Assembly: GCA_051942205.1 (NCBI GenBank)
Contig: JAVECO010000077.1
Span: 1 to 64,000 of the forward strand
Reading direction: 5' to 3'
Length of the DNA stretch: 64,000 nt
Source of the DNA: Coniocarpon cinnabarinum
Lineage: Eukaryota
Within the stretch, counting starts at the first letter, position 1, and each line of letters begins with the position of its first letter. The notes under the pieces were generated by a model. That model was not told where the DNA came from and did not search any database. It saw only the letters and a list, made by a program, of their open reading frames with translations. Position numbers and translations under genes: made by a program. Positions 38,249 through 51,411 of this stretch are shown here, in pieces.

Positions 38249-39823
38249 ATGCCTGCGATTGGTAAATTACCCTTCGAAATAGATCTCGAGCAAGGTAATG
38301 CTGGCAATGCCTCTCACAGTGCCCTTCATGCAAAAGAGTGGTCCGACGGCAATGCAGATGCCTCGTCTCTCGACAGTCTTTCGAGCGCAAGTTTGGAAGG
38401 AACAGGCCCCTACGAAAAAACTTCAGCCTCCCTGCAAAAGCCTGCTCAAGAGTCTGTCATAGCCAACATCTTCCAAATCCATGTTCGGCGACACAACTCT
38501 CCTGGCTTCGTACTCCCCCTGAAGCCGGATTCGAAGCGCTATCGTAATTTGCGATGGCTGATCTTTACAACATATCGCCGACTCTTTACGCTTGCTTTTA
38601 CATGCAACCTTGCGGTCCTCATCGGGCTCGCTGCGGATCGGCGACTGAATTTCTCGAGCACTGCGACAGCAGCATCAATCAACCTCGTTGTATCTATACT
38701 TATGCGACAAGAACACGTAATCAATGTGTTCTTTCTTCTGGCATCCAGCATTCCAACATGGTTGCCCCTCGAGATACGGAGCTACGTAGCCAAAGTGTAT
38801 TGCTACGGAGGCGTCCACAGTGGTTGCGGAATCGCGGCCGCAGCGTGGTACATTGCCTTTAGTGTCTACCTCAGCGAAGCAGCAAGAAACACTGCCAGTC
38901 TTTGGCCAGCAACGGGTTGCGCATACGCAGTTTTGATTTTTTTGGTCGTAATCGTCGGTGCGGCACATCCGTCAATACGACAAAAGATGCACAATCAATT
39001 TGAGGCGACACATCGATTTGCTGGATGGCTAGTAATCGCCGTGTATTGGGCTCAGATTATATTGCTGACCCATCAAGAAACATTGACTGGGCGACAAGGA
39101 GCATCTTTTGGTACAGTCCTGACTCGTACGCCGTCCTTTTGGTGCGTTTGCATCCTCACAGCATGTCTGTTCTACCCGTGGATTCGACTTCGACATCGCA
39201 CAGTACGTGTAGAAAAACTTTCGGATCATGCAGCTCGCCTTCACTTCACTCACACCGACGTAGGGCGCTGTATTGGCGTCCGTCTGTCGACGCGGCCACT
39301 GCTTGAGTCACACGCGTTTGCAACTATCCCGGCAGAGCGATCAGAACGAGGATTCTCCTGTGTCATATCAAATGCAGGTGACTGGACGAAGGGTATCATT
39401 CGTGAACCAGGCGAACGCACCAAAATCTGGATGAAGGGAGCGCCCGTGTACGGTGTCCTCCGGACTGCGCTAATTTTCAAGCGTACGGTCATTGTCGCAA
39501 CTGGATCTGGCATTGGGCCGTGTCTGTCGCTGCTCAATGATAATGACGACATCGATTGCCGCATCCTGTGGTCAACAAAAGCGCCGGTTGCCACGTATGG
39601 GCCTCGAATCGTCAACGCCGTTCGTTACGCTGATCCTAATGCGGTCATTCTCGACTCGGGCAAGATGGGTCGACCGAATATGGTAGCACTAACCTATCAA
39701 CTTTACAGAGAGTCTGGTGCGGAGGCAGTTTTCCTGATTTCAAATCCCATCGTCACGCGCAAGGTGATCTACGGCCTCGAGGCTCGGGGTGTGCCCGCTT
39801 TCGCACCCATTTTCGATTCATGA
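38249..39823 (+). CDS. tmpA: TmpA-like membrane flavoprotein (multi-TM plus FAD/NAD(P)-binding FNR-like domain)
   Basis: YRRLF, KVYCYGGVHSG, HNQFEATHRFAGW, ESHAFA, GDWT, VATGSGIGP, C-terminal AFAPIFDS. Confidence 0.85.
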   Translation: MPAIGKLPFEIDLEQGNAGNASHSALHAKEWSDGNADASSLDSLSSASLEGTGPYEKTSASLQKPAQESVIANIFQIHVRRHNSPGFVLPLKPDSKRYRNLRWLIFTTYRRLFTLAFTCNLAVLIGLAADRRLNFSSTATAASINLVVSILMRQEHVINVFFLLASSIPTWLPLEIRSYVAKVYCYGGVHSGCGIAAAAWYIAFSVYLSEAARNTASLWPATGCAYAVLIFLVVIVGAAHPSIRQKMHNQFEATHRFAGWLVIAVYWAQIILLTHQETLTGRQGASFGTVLTRTPSFWCVCILTACLFYPWIRLRHRTVRVEKLSDHAARLHFTHTDVGRCIGVRLSTRPLLESHAFATIPAERSERGFSCVISNAGDWTKGIIREPGERTKIWMKGAPVYGVLRTALIFKRTVIVATGSGIGPCLSLLNDNDDIDCRILWSTKAPVATYGPRIVNAVRYADPNAVILDSGKMGRPNMVALTYQLYRESGAEAVFLISNPIVTRKVIYGLEARGVPAFAPIFDS

Positions 39824-42800
39824 CACCGAAGCTGAAATTCAGAACGCGGTGAAAAGCCTGGCCAACAGCGATGCCTTACGAGTAGTGTGTATTGTCGATA
39901 TTGTGCGACCCATTCGCCTTGCAGGTATGACATGCGTTGCAGATCAAGTGCTCGACATGAAGTTGAATACGCTAGGATCGGCTTTACCCATGTGCAAATC
40001 GTTGAGTGGAGAGCTAACACGACCTGGTCACTGTACTCTCTGGTACGAATGTCATTTCCAGGCTTTCGGAGCGATTCGTTTTGAGGGTGTTCTCAGGTCC
40101 TTAGACGAACCCGGCCTCTGTGTCAGCCAATAATCCAGTTGCGGGGAGCCCTGACCTGCTGAACAACTCAGCTTGTATGTGCCTTCTCTTGGAAGGGTAT
40201 ACTCAGCTCCCACATAGACGCCACCGTTGCACGCCTCGGTGCTTGCCATGGAGCACGAGTACCCTCTGCAAGCGTAGTCCCATTCGTGGGATCATGTTCA
40301 GGCTCATTTGATTTTCAGGCAGCACTCGGACAACGCTTGGTTCAGCTAGCTTTAGCGAACAGAGGCACACGAACGTTCTCTTTGCAAACGCTCAAAGCAA
40401 CGCAAGGCACTATTTGAAATCCCTGCGGTGTCACATCATTAAGCACTCGCACAGAAACTGCTTGTCAACAACGCCTGCTAACGTTGCTGCTGGGCCCTTG
40501 GCAGCCCGTCTTGCTCGGCAAGGTTGACATGGTGGCCACCAGCGCTCGGTGCTGGATATCAGCCTCAAATGCTCGGATGTGCTTGCCACATGTATATGTA
40601 AAGCCGTTGCGCTTGGAGAATACATCAACCAACGGCAGGAAAGGGAATTTACGCGCTTGATTGCACAAGTGGGATCACGCGCGACGCTATCGTTATGGTA
40701 CACTTGACCAACACCTGAGCGAGCCGGACGACCCGACTCTCCCGTCCCCCAGATCCGACCAAGAGGCCTTCGCATCGAATCGAGCTGCAGTGTGCTAGAT
40801 GAGGCAAAATCCCGCAAATTCAGCCGAATTCTTAACCGAGCGCCTAACGTTTGCCACTTGTTGCGGGCGAATGCCTTGCTGAAGAGCGCATATTGGAAGT
40901 GAGGCTCAGTGCAAGCATGCAGCTCGTGCGCGCGCAAGTATGAGTCTATTTTTGTGGAGTGCATGGATTCTGGCGCGTGTAGAATTATCAAACAACTGTA
41001 AGAGCCGCGTCCAGGGACAGATCAATACCAGGATCAGGGCGAAGAACCAGAGCCGGATGTGGACATTCTGCTAGCAACTCCAACGCTAAATCGTTTTAAG
41101 CTTTTTTAGCGCGGATTACCCGGCTCCATCAGGCCTCGCAACTCTCTCGCACTCGGCGTCTCATGCAGCTGACATACATTGATTGCCGCAAACGAGCAGC
41201 TAATTTTCATACAAGGAATGGCAGCGCAGATTGTTTACGTAACAGGCGGAGACTTGCATCTCAGCGGATGATGAAACCGCTGTATGCGTTTCCGAGCATG
41301 TGGCGTTTTCAGAGGTGAGCCTGATATTGGCAATGACGCCATATTTCCTGAAGTTGTACCTGCTCTGCATAGAGCACATTTCCACTTTCCGGCTCGTGCG
41401 AAAAGCTGACTACTATATCTCCTCAAGCATCCTCTTGCTGTGCGTGTATGTGAGAGTACACGTGCATTAGATCCTCTATGCAAGAAGAATGAGCACAATT
41501 TTGAGCACAATTTTGCAGTACGCTCCACAGACTATTGCCTCTTCTCCAGCAGCTGGACCATCAGGTCGTCTACTCTTGCTCTCGGTTAGAACAAGAACAA
41601 GTGAAGACTCTGCAACCAGGAAATCGTCGATTGCTTGCACAAGGGCCAGCTTGTAGGCTATTGTGTAATTCATGCGAGGACAGTGCACCTGCCGTGATGG
41701 CTATTAAGCAGCAAGTATCGCAAATGTTACAAGAGCGTACTTCTTGAGGGTCTCAGTGCACAACACCACTCAGGAGCAGTATGCTGAGGTTGCTTGTGGG
41801 GAAGGGTTTCGGCAGGCATTAGAAGATGGGCAAGCATGCATCAAGCACACTGTCAAACAACGAACACAGCCTCGCAGATGGCCGTCTTCAAGGCTCGTTT
41901 CGGGTGCTGCATGTTGTGAGATCATCCACAGAGACCACAATGCGTTGTAGTATCAGACTGAATCCAGGGTATCTATAGAGAGGAGCCATGGAGCGAGTGT
42001 GCCAACGTTTCATTGACTTTGGTGATGATGTACGCAGGGACGTATGCGCCGCTGTCGAAGACCAGGCTGTGAAGAGAGCGACAAGGGGCAGCGAAACGTC
42101 ACGTGGGGCAGAAGTGAAGAGAAGGTTTAGCCGCTCCGCGGCACGGTGGAACATTCCGCCCCCGCACCACAGGCCTTGGCAACGAGTGGCAGGGTCAGCG
42201 CTGCGACACACCGCCTGAGCCGGGTAGCTCAGGTAATACAAATCATCGGTCTGGAACCGTCAGGGCGTTCTATAGCGATGCAAACCCACCTGCGAGAGCC
42301 GTTGCAAAAGCTTCGCTCACCGCCTGGTCTTGCGTCGTCGTAAATCGGGCGCCATACAACACTAGCGTCTCACGTCTTACCTGTGCTGGTGGCACTCGAG
42401 TCAGTTAAACATCCTCACACCCAGACAGTGACAAATCTCCCTCCCTCTCCTTCCTTCCTTCCAACCTTCCGCCCACCGCTTTCCTACACGGAGCACGAGC
42501 CGCTCCTCATCCACGTGTGCCTCGCGTCTTCAAACTCCAACGTTCGCCTCAGCAGCTTTTGACGATGAAGCGAGAGCCCTGAGACCACGAACAGAAGACG
42601 TTGACCGGTGTCGACTCTGTGTCCAGGGACATCCGCGCAGCCGACGCAATGGCTATGGTGCGAGATTGTTTCCATACATCCGCCGACACCTGACTGATGC
42701 ACGCCTCACCCCCTCTTCCCAACACTGATGCACCGTGACAAATCCAGGCGGGCGAGCACCTCTCAGCAGGCGCCTTGGTCCAGCTCTTCGCCCCTAGATC

Positions 42801-43309
42801 TCCACACCCCTGCCATGTGCGCGCATCCCGGCGGCTATCTTCCAAATAATGCATTCGACCGTGGAAACTTTTGCCTGGCACGCCGTGTTTCATCATCACT
42901 GCTATCATCATCACCACCACCGCCCTCCACTCCTCACACCACTGGACCTGCGTCTGAAGCTGACACATAATGCTGTATGGCACCCGGCAATTTCTGCGCT
43001 TCTGTGGCACCTGCGGCCACTGAGCTGTCTGCACGCACGCCTCTTGTCCATTCGACAAGTCTGACGTGGTGAGGAATCCACTTCCACGGTTGCGGATGCA
43101 CGAGCTGCGGTCTGTGTCTTGGGTAGGTTTCGACCAGGTGTAATGACTGGAAATTACTAGTGCTCTTCCTTAAGACTGTCGTGCTTTCCTTGGTCTCCTT
43201 CCGTTCGTTTGCCCTGCAGAAAGATTTTCACGTCTCACGCAGCTCTTATACCCTCTCCTCTGCTGGATCCAGTCGATCAGCATATCGATCGTCACGTCAC
43301 TTACCCCTC

Positions 43310-43654
43310 ATGGCCACTTCTTCAACGTCGACCTACAATTCATCATCACTCTCCGCGTTACCGACGCTATCGACTCAGGCGAGGCGTGCCCCTCCCTACC
43401 CAAATCCAGCCCAAGTCACCGTCTCGCGATGTCCCTATTGCGGCTCCACGGTACCCGCAACCCCTCCATCATGTTGTCAAGCCAGAATCTGGGCAGCCAA
43501 CATGGCGGCGGCGGCTGCAACTCTGCCAACACCGCCTCATTCGACAGCGCACGCACCGGCGCCCCTCTACTTCCCGCCGCATCCTACCGAAGATCCCGCC
43601 GTCAAGGCTTACAGAGATATGAAAGTCGCCATGTTCGCAAGATACTACCGATGA
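43310..43654 (+). CDS. Small hypothetical protein (114 aa) with CPYC...CC motif
   Basis: ATG ORF in an otherwise ORF-poor region; low-complexity S/P/A composition; no recognised family. Confidence 0.35.
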   Translation: MATSSTSTYNSSSLSALPTLSTQARRAPPYPNPAQVTVSRCPYCGSTVPATPPSCCQARIWAANMAAAAATLPTPPHSTAHAPAPLYFPPHPTEDPAVKAYRDMKVAMFARYYR

Positions 43655-44149
43655 AGGTTAGAATTTCGTCAGACACTGAGATAGGCAGATTTGAGGGCCG
43701 AATTACAAAGACCACTGAGGCTGAATCACTCTACTCACAAAGTTGATGCACACACGACAGCCAAATGCTTCCATGAATTGGGCAAGCCCTGGCCTCACCA
43801 ACCCGACCTGATCAGGAACCCTCTACCACAAGACCCGTTGGGCACTCAATGAATCAACATATCCCTCCTTTGCCATCCTCAACGGCCATAGACAGACAAC
43901 GAATATCACCTGACGCAGTAGCACGAGCGTCCAGACCTTTCACCATCACTCCAAGCTAATGAGTACGTTACACACGGCAACAATGAACTGTAACTGTCTT
44001 GATCGGCAATGATGTACCCCGTACGCAGATCATTACAGAAGCGCGGAGCAACAGCTCGTGCATGAGACTTCACGACGTCACAGGCATTTTGCCTCATACT
44101 TCTCCCTTCCAGCGCTTCTTGTGGGCGCTATGTGTCACAATATGACACT

Positions 44150-45155
44150 GTCCGACAATGTCCAGCAGCAAGCATGCAAGTCATGCCCGCAGAAGGCCCA
44201 TTGAGATCACGTTGTTCATAACTTCAATACCCCACTGCAGCATTCGCAGACCTGCACTTCTCGAAATGCATCTAGATGCATCCAAAGCAGCAACAACCAT
44301 TCACATCTCCCAAGTTCTTTCTCGGCTTTCCCCTTGCACTTTGCTTGAATCGTCAGTCTCGTAGCCTTCCAAACTGTTCTGTCTCGACCACGCAGGTCGT
44401 GGTCTTCGTGTTGCGCGTGCTTCGATCTACTGTGCTTGCAATCCTGTTCGCAATGTCTGGATCTCCCTTATGCTTCGAAACGTGACTTCAATCTAGCCAA
44501 TGTCGCAATTTGAGAGTCGAAATTTGGAGCTCCTAAGTCAATGACAGTACATCGGTGAGATCCCACATGGGCAATTAGCATTCAAGGCGATCCTCGATGC
44601 CTTCGAGGGCTTATTGACTATGCTTGGCGTCGTTGAAGCCAGCTCTCACGCACTGGCTACTTTCAGCAAATCCGCTGCCTTGTGCATGACGCAGATCCTC
44701 TACTTGTCGATGCTTTCTTGTGCCTGCTTCGCACGTGAGCAACTCGAGCAAAAGACACAGTTGCGACCGATGAGAAGCGATCTTGCTTCAAGTTCGCCTC
44801 GCCTGCTGAAGTCAAGAGCATTGCTCAGACGTTTTCGAAAGCGTTCTAGGCCTCTTCTGCTCCTGAAGTCGGCAGCTTCGGCGGTCGCTGGCCACGTGTC
44901 GACATCGTCTTTACATTTCGTGACGCAACGCTGGAGCATGGTCACTGTCGAAGGCTGGAACGTGTCCTGTGAAGACACGTTGCTTAACTGCTCGAGAGCC
45001 TCTTGCAGACCATTTAAGTCGCTGATAATGGCCTCCACGTCTCTGTCGATGGTCTTGAAGTGCAGGCAGAAGCTCCGCAAAGTTTGCACGCCTTGCAGTG
45101 TCAGACCGGCAAGTGAGACGAGGCCTGCGATACTCGAAGCTGCTTCCATACTCAT
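44150..45155 (-). pseudogene. Decayed gene with a fungal STAND N-terminal (HeLo-like/SesA-type) domain
   Basis: MEAASSIAGLVSLAGLTLQGVQTLRSF...VEAIISDLNGLQEALEQL; apparent 1-nt frameshift ~44782 (continuing IASHRSQLCLLLELL), then several in-frame stops. Confidence 0.65.
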
Positions 45156-45819
45156 TCATGTCGCTATGAGAGCACAATATTTGCTTCTTGTCTGTATAAA
45201 TAAAGGAGACTAGGAATGGATCGAATAGAAGGCATTTCATCTAGGTTGTCTGAAGGGCGGTGCTTGTTCGCAAGGCTGCATGAAGGCTGCAGGTACGCAG
45301 CCTCAGCACTGCTAATCCACAGTAGCGGGCAGGTTCCATATCGTCGCAAACGTACGAGGAGCCCGCACACGAGCATCGGCTTCTTGCGTCGACTATAAGC
45401 TATCGCTGGGCTGATATTAGTGCCTGAAAATTAAGGCATCATCCAGCCGTGAAAGACACCTTCGATTGTTTCCTAAAAGTCTGCTGGTCATCTTGCCTTC
45501 CCTCCAACAATGCTGCTAGAGCACACTATAGAAAGCGGCTCAAGAGCCTCAAAGGCTTATAAAGCGTGATACAAGCCACAGAGCGCTGCGTGTAGGCAAG
45601 ACTGCCTCCTTGTGCGAGTTGGTCTCTACAGCAGACACTCGCCGAAAAGCGGTGTACTCTAATCATGTGATTCCCTACCTCCCAGATACCAGAAACGCCC
45701 GACTTCACTGCCACTTCATCGTCTTTGTCCCGTCGAAAATCTCTTCATGGCCTGCGTTTCCCCCTCTTCTCACGTGCCTTAGACATTTCTTGCATTCGCA
45801 CCTCGCAATTTCGCCCGCC

Positions 45820-48174
45820 ATGCCAACGCTGAGGCAGCTAACATGTCATGTAGAGAAGAGTCCCTCGAACATTGCCTTGCGAGAATACAACACAATCTAT
45901 AGTGATGGCGTTGTCTCGACGTTCGTCGGTATTCCCTCAGCCCCAACTAACTTTAGCATTCATCTCACCTCATCTGGCTTTATCGCGGAAGGGCTTGCCA
46001 TGTTCGTCTTCATTGACGGTGTCGCTCAATGCAATCGGAATCGCTGCGATCTCCTCCCACCGGGCCCTGGCGTCCCTGACAGGGACATCAATATCAACCT
46101 TCGAGTGAGACAGAAAGAAGTCGCGAATAGTGACGGACAACTCGCGGGTCATGCGTGGAGGTTTGACAAGCTGAACACAGGTGAGTGTTTTTATTTCCAC
46201 CGCCCATGGCCACAGCTCACACCGTTGCGTAGCCGCCGCAGACAAAGTGCCCATGTCGTCACGAGTCCGCAAGCACAGCATCGGCACTATTGAGGTCGTC
46301 GTTCTCAGATGCCAGGGAGTTCCTCAAGTTGGCGCAGCTGCCGCCCCTTTAGCCCAACAAAAAGGCAAGACAGGAGGCAAAACAGCTTCTGCCGAGAATA
46401 CTGATAGGATCACAGACAGTCCTGCCCCGGACAAGGCAGCAGAAAGTGAGAAAGCAAGCCTTCTTGGCGGCTTTGGTGGCATATTCGACGGGACTGGTGA
46501 CTGGGCGAATGATTCAAAATCTGCTTGGGGTGATACTGGTCCTGCCGACAATGTGTGGGATCAATTTCAGGCCCAGTTCGAGGATAACAATGACAAGTCC
46601 GATAAAGGTGAGTCCGTCACAACCTTGTTGTTAGGCGACAAGTGACCAAGCGCTCCTCTATTCGACTCACTCAAGCCTTCGTCGCCGACACGTGTATTGC
46701 AGGCTTCGACGGTGATGATACTACCCTCGTTCAACTTGATGGCGATTCTGGACCAACTGGTTCGTCCCCTCAAGGCATCGTCATCAATCAGTACGTCAAT
46801 GGCAATGCGGATGCTGGATCACCGCTTCCATCCAATGTACCTGCGTACCGCTCTGTGTCGGCTCCACACTCACTTAGACCTCCCAATCCCTGGCACATTC
46901 CCTTCTTTGCTCCTTATGGTTATCCCCCTCCCTATTCCATGCACGACATACCATCATTTGCCGAGTTCGAAGAGTTCCTGGCGTGGAAGTATGGATATGG
47001 TCATGCTAATGCAAATAATGTTTTCACAGGTTCAAAAGTTTTCCAAAAGATAGGAGATGGAACGTATGCAGCGGGTCAAGGACAAGAACCTGGCTGGGAC
47101 AATAATAGTCAGAATCAAAATACTGGCGCTGGTGGCTGGGACAATGCCGATGACACTGCAAATAATGACGGTTGGGGTAACCAAAGCAATGCCAATGACC
47201 GTGGCGCTTGGGGTCAGTCTGGTGGAGACGACAATAAAGATGGCGCATGGGCCAATGCAGACTCGAAAAATAATGACAATTGGGACAAGCATACGTCAGC
47301 GTCTCGAAGCAATACCGGCAAAGGTAATGACAATGCACGGCAATCAGCTGGCCAAGACCCAGGGTGGAATCAAGAGCCTCCACCGAGCGAAAAGGACCGC
47401 AACAGCCGAAGTGGAGACAAGTCAAGGAGAAACAGCACCAAAGCTAAACATGAGCCACGTAGTAGCAATGACAAGCCGCTAGACAACCCACCTCCGCCAG
47501 CTGAGCCGAGCAGCCCTCCTCCGGCACCTCCAGCACCCCCCAGCCACCATGGTTCAACGTCCAAACGCAGTGCACACGGCGTCCCAGGTTCAGTGCTCGA
47601 CTTCGATCCCACGAAGCCGTATGTCAAATCGTACTGGTCGAACTGGAAGGGAGACATGCACTCTTCTCGTCCGACTCAAGAAGATCCACAGCCGCCGCAG
47701 TCAAATCTCACTTCACGGGCTCTCGCCAACAATGCCTCCGCTGCTAAAACTCACATCTACCCTTCCCGTCCCGCGTCACCAATCAGCGAATCCGTCGTGG
47801 CATCGGCCAAGCTTTCACGTCAGGTGCACGCGGGCAAGGGAGCACCATACTACCACTCTGTCAGCCGTCCACGATATCTCGACTCATTGGACAGTCCGTA
47901 TGCTGTCTTCATCTTCAAATACCGCACCAACGACATGCTCGAGCAAATATTCGGCGATCAGACAAAGGAGCACAAGTTTGATCGGGGACGTTATGTGGAT
48001 CGTTTCAAGGACTCCAAAAAGGAGGATGTGATTGAAGAGCTTATGCGCTACAAGAAGGCGTTGGGCGTTAATACGGATTCAAGTGCAGGATCAGACGACT
48101 TGGAAGGCGGCAATGAGGGTAGTGCGGTTTCGAGGAAGACTGCAAGATCGGGCAGGAGCAAGAGGAATGATTGA
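45820..48174 (+). CDS. Uncharacterised fungal protein: globular N-terminal domain, GW/WG-rich disordered region, C-terminal domain
   Basis: MPTLRQLTCHVE...GLAMFVFIDG..QCNRNR...IGTIEVVVLRC; introns 46181-46232 and ~46608-46702; RPRYLDSLDSPYAVFIFKYR. Confidence 0.8.
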
Positions 48175-49462
48175 TCGCGCGAGTTGAAGCGGAAGGAGGG
48201 TGGTAATGAGAGCTGGGGAGGTGGCGGCGGCGGAGCCTGGTAAAGCTCCAATGAGGTCAGATATGCGTGATTCGTTCCATCGAATGATGACTGCGGAGAG
48301 TATGAATGACTGGTGAATGTGAGCGAACACACGGGCCAATGAAGACGCAATCTCAAGCAGACCATATGAATCAGATTATTACCTCTTTCACTGCTGCACT
48401 CCTCCCATGTAATCAACTAGTAAGGCTTAAGTTTTATATATTTTCTGTTCTCCTAGGACGTCTGTCTATATATATCATTTGTAAAAGCCATTCTTTCGCA
48501 TACGCCCACGGCCACGGGGTAAGAGGGCATCCCGTCAGATCTGCCTTACTGAAGCCCGTGAGCGGGGAGCTAGTACTGTGGTCGGTGACGACGCGGGAAC
48601 CCTTCCTGGCGTATGCATTTTGCTTTTTTTGCCCCTGTTTATGTTATGTCCATTATCGATCGGTAGGGCTTTGCAAGTTTCTTTCATGAGATGTCCTCGG
48701 TCGGCAGCAGAGGATTGCAGTCACACTAAACAATTAGAAGTTGTGACTTTGAAAAGACTTGGAAATATTCTGACACTGCAAAGCAGGCACTTGCTAGATT
48801 ACAAAGGACTTTATGGAACTGCTTCAGATGAATAGATTTAAGACGTGTAAGCCTTTGCGGTTCACATACAACCCCATAGCCAATTGATAGGAGCAAAAAT
48901 TTGACGGCGCTCTTAAGGGTACAGCCTTTAGAATAATTCATCGATTCGTAGCTGATCTTGCTAGAATGATCAAGACTGCGGGAGATTTAGAATACTATCT
49001 TCTGGAAAAGTTTATGCCTGATTAATAAGGGCTCTATAGAAGGCTGGAACGCTATTCCTCAATAATCTATCAACCATTGGAATAAGCCGCGTTGTCATCC
49101 TTGGCGCGTTTCTGCAGGGGCAGCCACCGCATCGCTTTCTAAGCCGGACGAACTCTTGCATCCTTAAGAGAACATTACTCTGCTAAGCAGTAGCCTGCGA
49201 TACCTCCCAGTGAGGCAACTCCGCTGTGTCACAATGGATTTAGAATCTAAGTCCGTCGCCTTACCAAACAGGAATCCGGAGTTTAGCATTACATCACTCC
49301 TCGGTCGTACAGCATTGGAAGCTGCAAGGAGGGTAAATATATCTGTTCTTTTCTTTGTCGTAGACAACATAAAACCATAGACCGTGTTCTCAGGCTTCTT
49401 GCTCGTCTTGATCTCCTAACAAGACAGAACAAGACGAAGCACAAAAATCACACTGCACAACC

Positions 49463-50616
49463 ATGGCTCACACCACTCACTCCAGCTTCAACCGCGAGAC
49501 TGAGGGTCTCGAAGTTGCCAAAGCCTTTGCTGGACGTATTAAAGGTAAGACAGTCTTAGTGACCGGTGTCAATCCTAAAGGCATTGGCTTCAGCGCCGCC
49601 GAAGCATTCGTAAGTCTCTATCTATCACACCTACCGTGCCCTCCGTTATGATCAACTCATTCATCAACCAGGCCTCGCAATCTCCGGCCCGCGTCATTGT
49701 CGCTGGTCGCAGCCAGCACAAACTCCATGAGAGCATCAATGCTCTCAAGTCTCAGTATCCCCACGTCGACTACCGTTCACTTGCTCTTGACCTCTCCAGC
49801 CAAGCTACCGTGCGCAAATCCGCTGCCGAGCTCCTCTCTTGGAACGATGTCCCGAGCATCGATTTCGTCGTCAACTCTGCCGGTGTCATGATGCTTCCAG
49901 AGCGCACCCTCAACTCGGACGGTCTTGAAATGACCTTCGCCACCAACCATCTTGGCCACTTCCTCTTCACATGCCTTATCATGCCCAAACTCATCAAAGC
50001 CGCAGAGGGCCAGCCCAAGGGCACTGTTCGCATCATCAACGTCTCCTCAGGTAGTCCCACCCGCGCCCAAGGCATCCGCTGGAGCGACACCAACTTCGAG
50101 AAAGCCAACAAGACACTGCCGGCCAATGAGCAACCGCCCTACGACATGCACAAACAGTGGGGCGCCAAGGACCCTGAAAACGCGTCTTACATTCCCCTCG
50201 AAGGCTACAACCAGAGCAAAGTCGCCAATGTTCTCTTCAGCGTCGGCTTGAACCAGCACCTGTTCCAGAAACATGGAATCCTCAGCATGGCCCTGCATCC
50301 TGGCGTCATCCCCACTGAACTCGACCGCACTTTCCCAGAGGAAACGCGCCAAGCTGTGTACAAGTTGGTGAGTTCGGGCTCGGCGCCGCCGCGGAAGACT
50401 CTTGGTGCTGGTGCATCGACGACGATGGTGGCGGCGTTGGACCCAGGCCTGGCGGAGGGTGTGGGTGGCAGTAAGGATGGCAAGGAGAATTACGGTGTCT
50501 TTCTGATGGACTGTCAGGTCTCGAATGCTGCCAATCCTGGCACTGTGGGCAATGCCGAGGCAGAGCGGCTGTGGAAGATGTCGGAGGGCTTGGTGAAGGA
50601 GAAGTTTGAGTTTTGA
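49463..50616 (+). CDS. Short-chain dehydrogenase/reductase (retinol dehydrogenase/WWOX-like)
   Basis: TGVNPKGIG, VNSAGVM, FATNHLGHF, YNQSK (YxxxK), LHPG; intron 49609-49671. Confidence 0.92.
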
Positions 50617-51411
50617 GTGGTGAAGACTCGATGAGCTGAGCGGATGCTTGTTGATCTGAGCATAGGTGTGGGCACCTTCGCACCAGGGAAGGGCTCAGTA
50701 GCAAGTGTATGCATGACATGACTTACGCAATCAAACCTGCTGGCCTGTGAGAATGCCTCGTTTATTCAACGCGTGCGTGCACTCGCGACCACATTGTCCC
50801 CGTATACGACGATCCGAGCGCATTGACTCCTGCTGACGCATTTGAAATATCAACGCGATGCACTTCTGACATCTGCGCACCCGTCTTCCCAAAAAAGCGT
50901 CCGTCGAGCACTGATGCCAGTCGGCGTACTCAATAGCCCGGGCACTACCACTCGCCCCAAACCAGCAGACATACGCACTGCACCCGCCTCATTGAAATAC
51001 CGAACCTCACTCTCAACATTTGCCCTAAACCGTGACCGATACACAATCAACCAACACACATCGACAATCTCTCGATCCGCACAAGTGATGATCCGCGCGA
51101 CACAACTAACACGTCCAGCATCACAGCTTTAGCCAACATGCGCATCCGGGTCGTCGTTTGAATCATCGCTCACCTTTTTGTAAGTAGTGTTACAAAGTGG
51201 GATCTTCGTGAGGGGGCGCTCGAGCCCTCTTGATTGGAGCCCTCTTGATTGCAGTCAGATTCGTCAAATATTCTCAAGGTCGAATAGTGGGGTTGTCGAT
51301 ATACTCGGTGCGTCGATTGCGTTAGTGTGGCCGTGTTGTCTTTTGCTCTTAACTTCGCTTGTGTAGATGTTGACGTCTTTGCGTGATTTGAGGCTCGACA
51401 TTGCTCTGGGT

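Noticed and set aside
49463..50616. SDR as a retinal/retinol-metabolising member of the car cluster
   Set aside because: It lies ~37 kb from the cluster beyond many unrelated genes, and this SDR class is large and unspecific.
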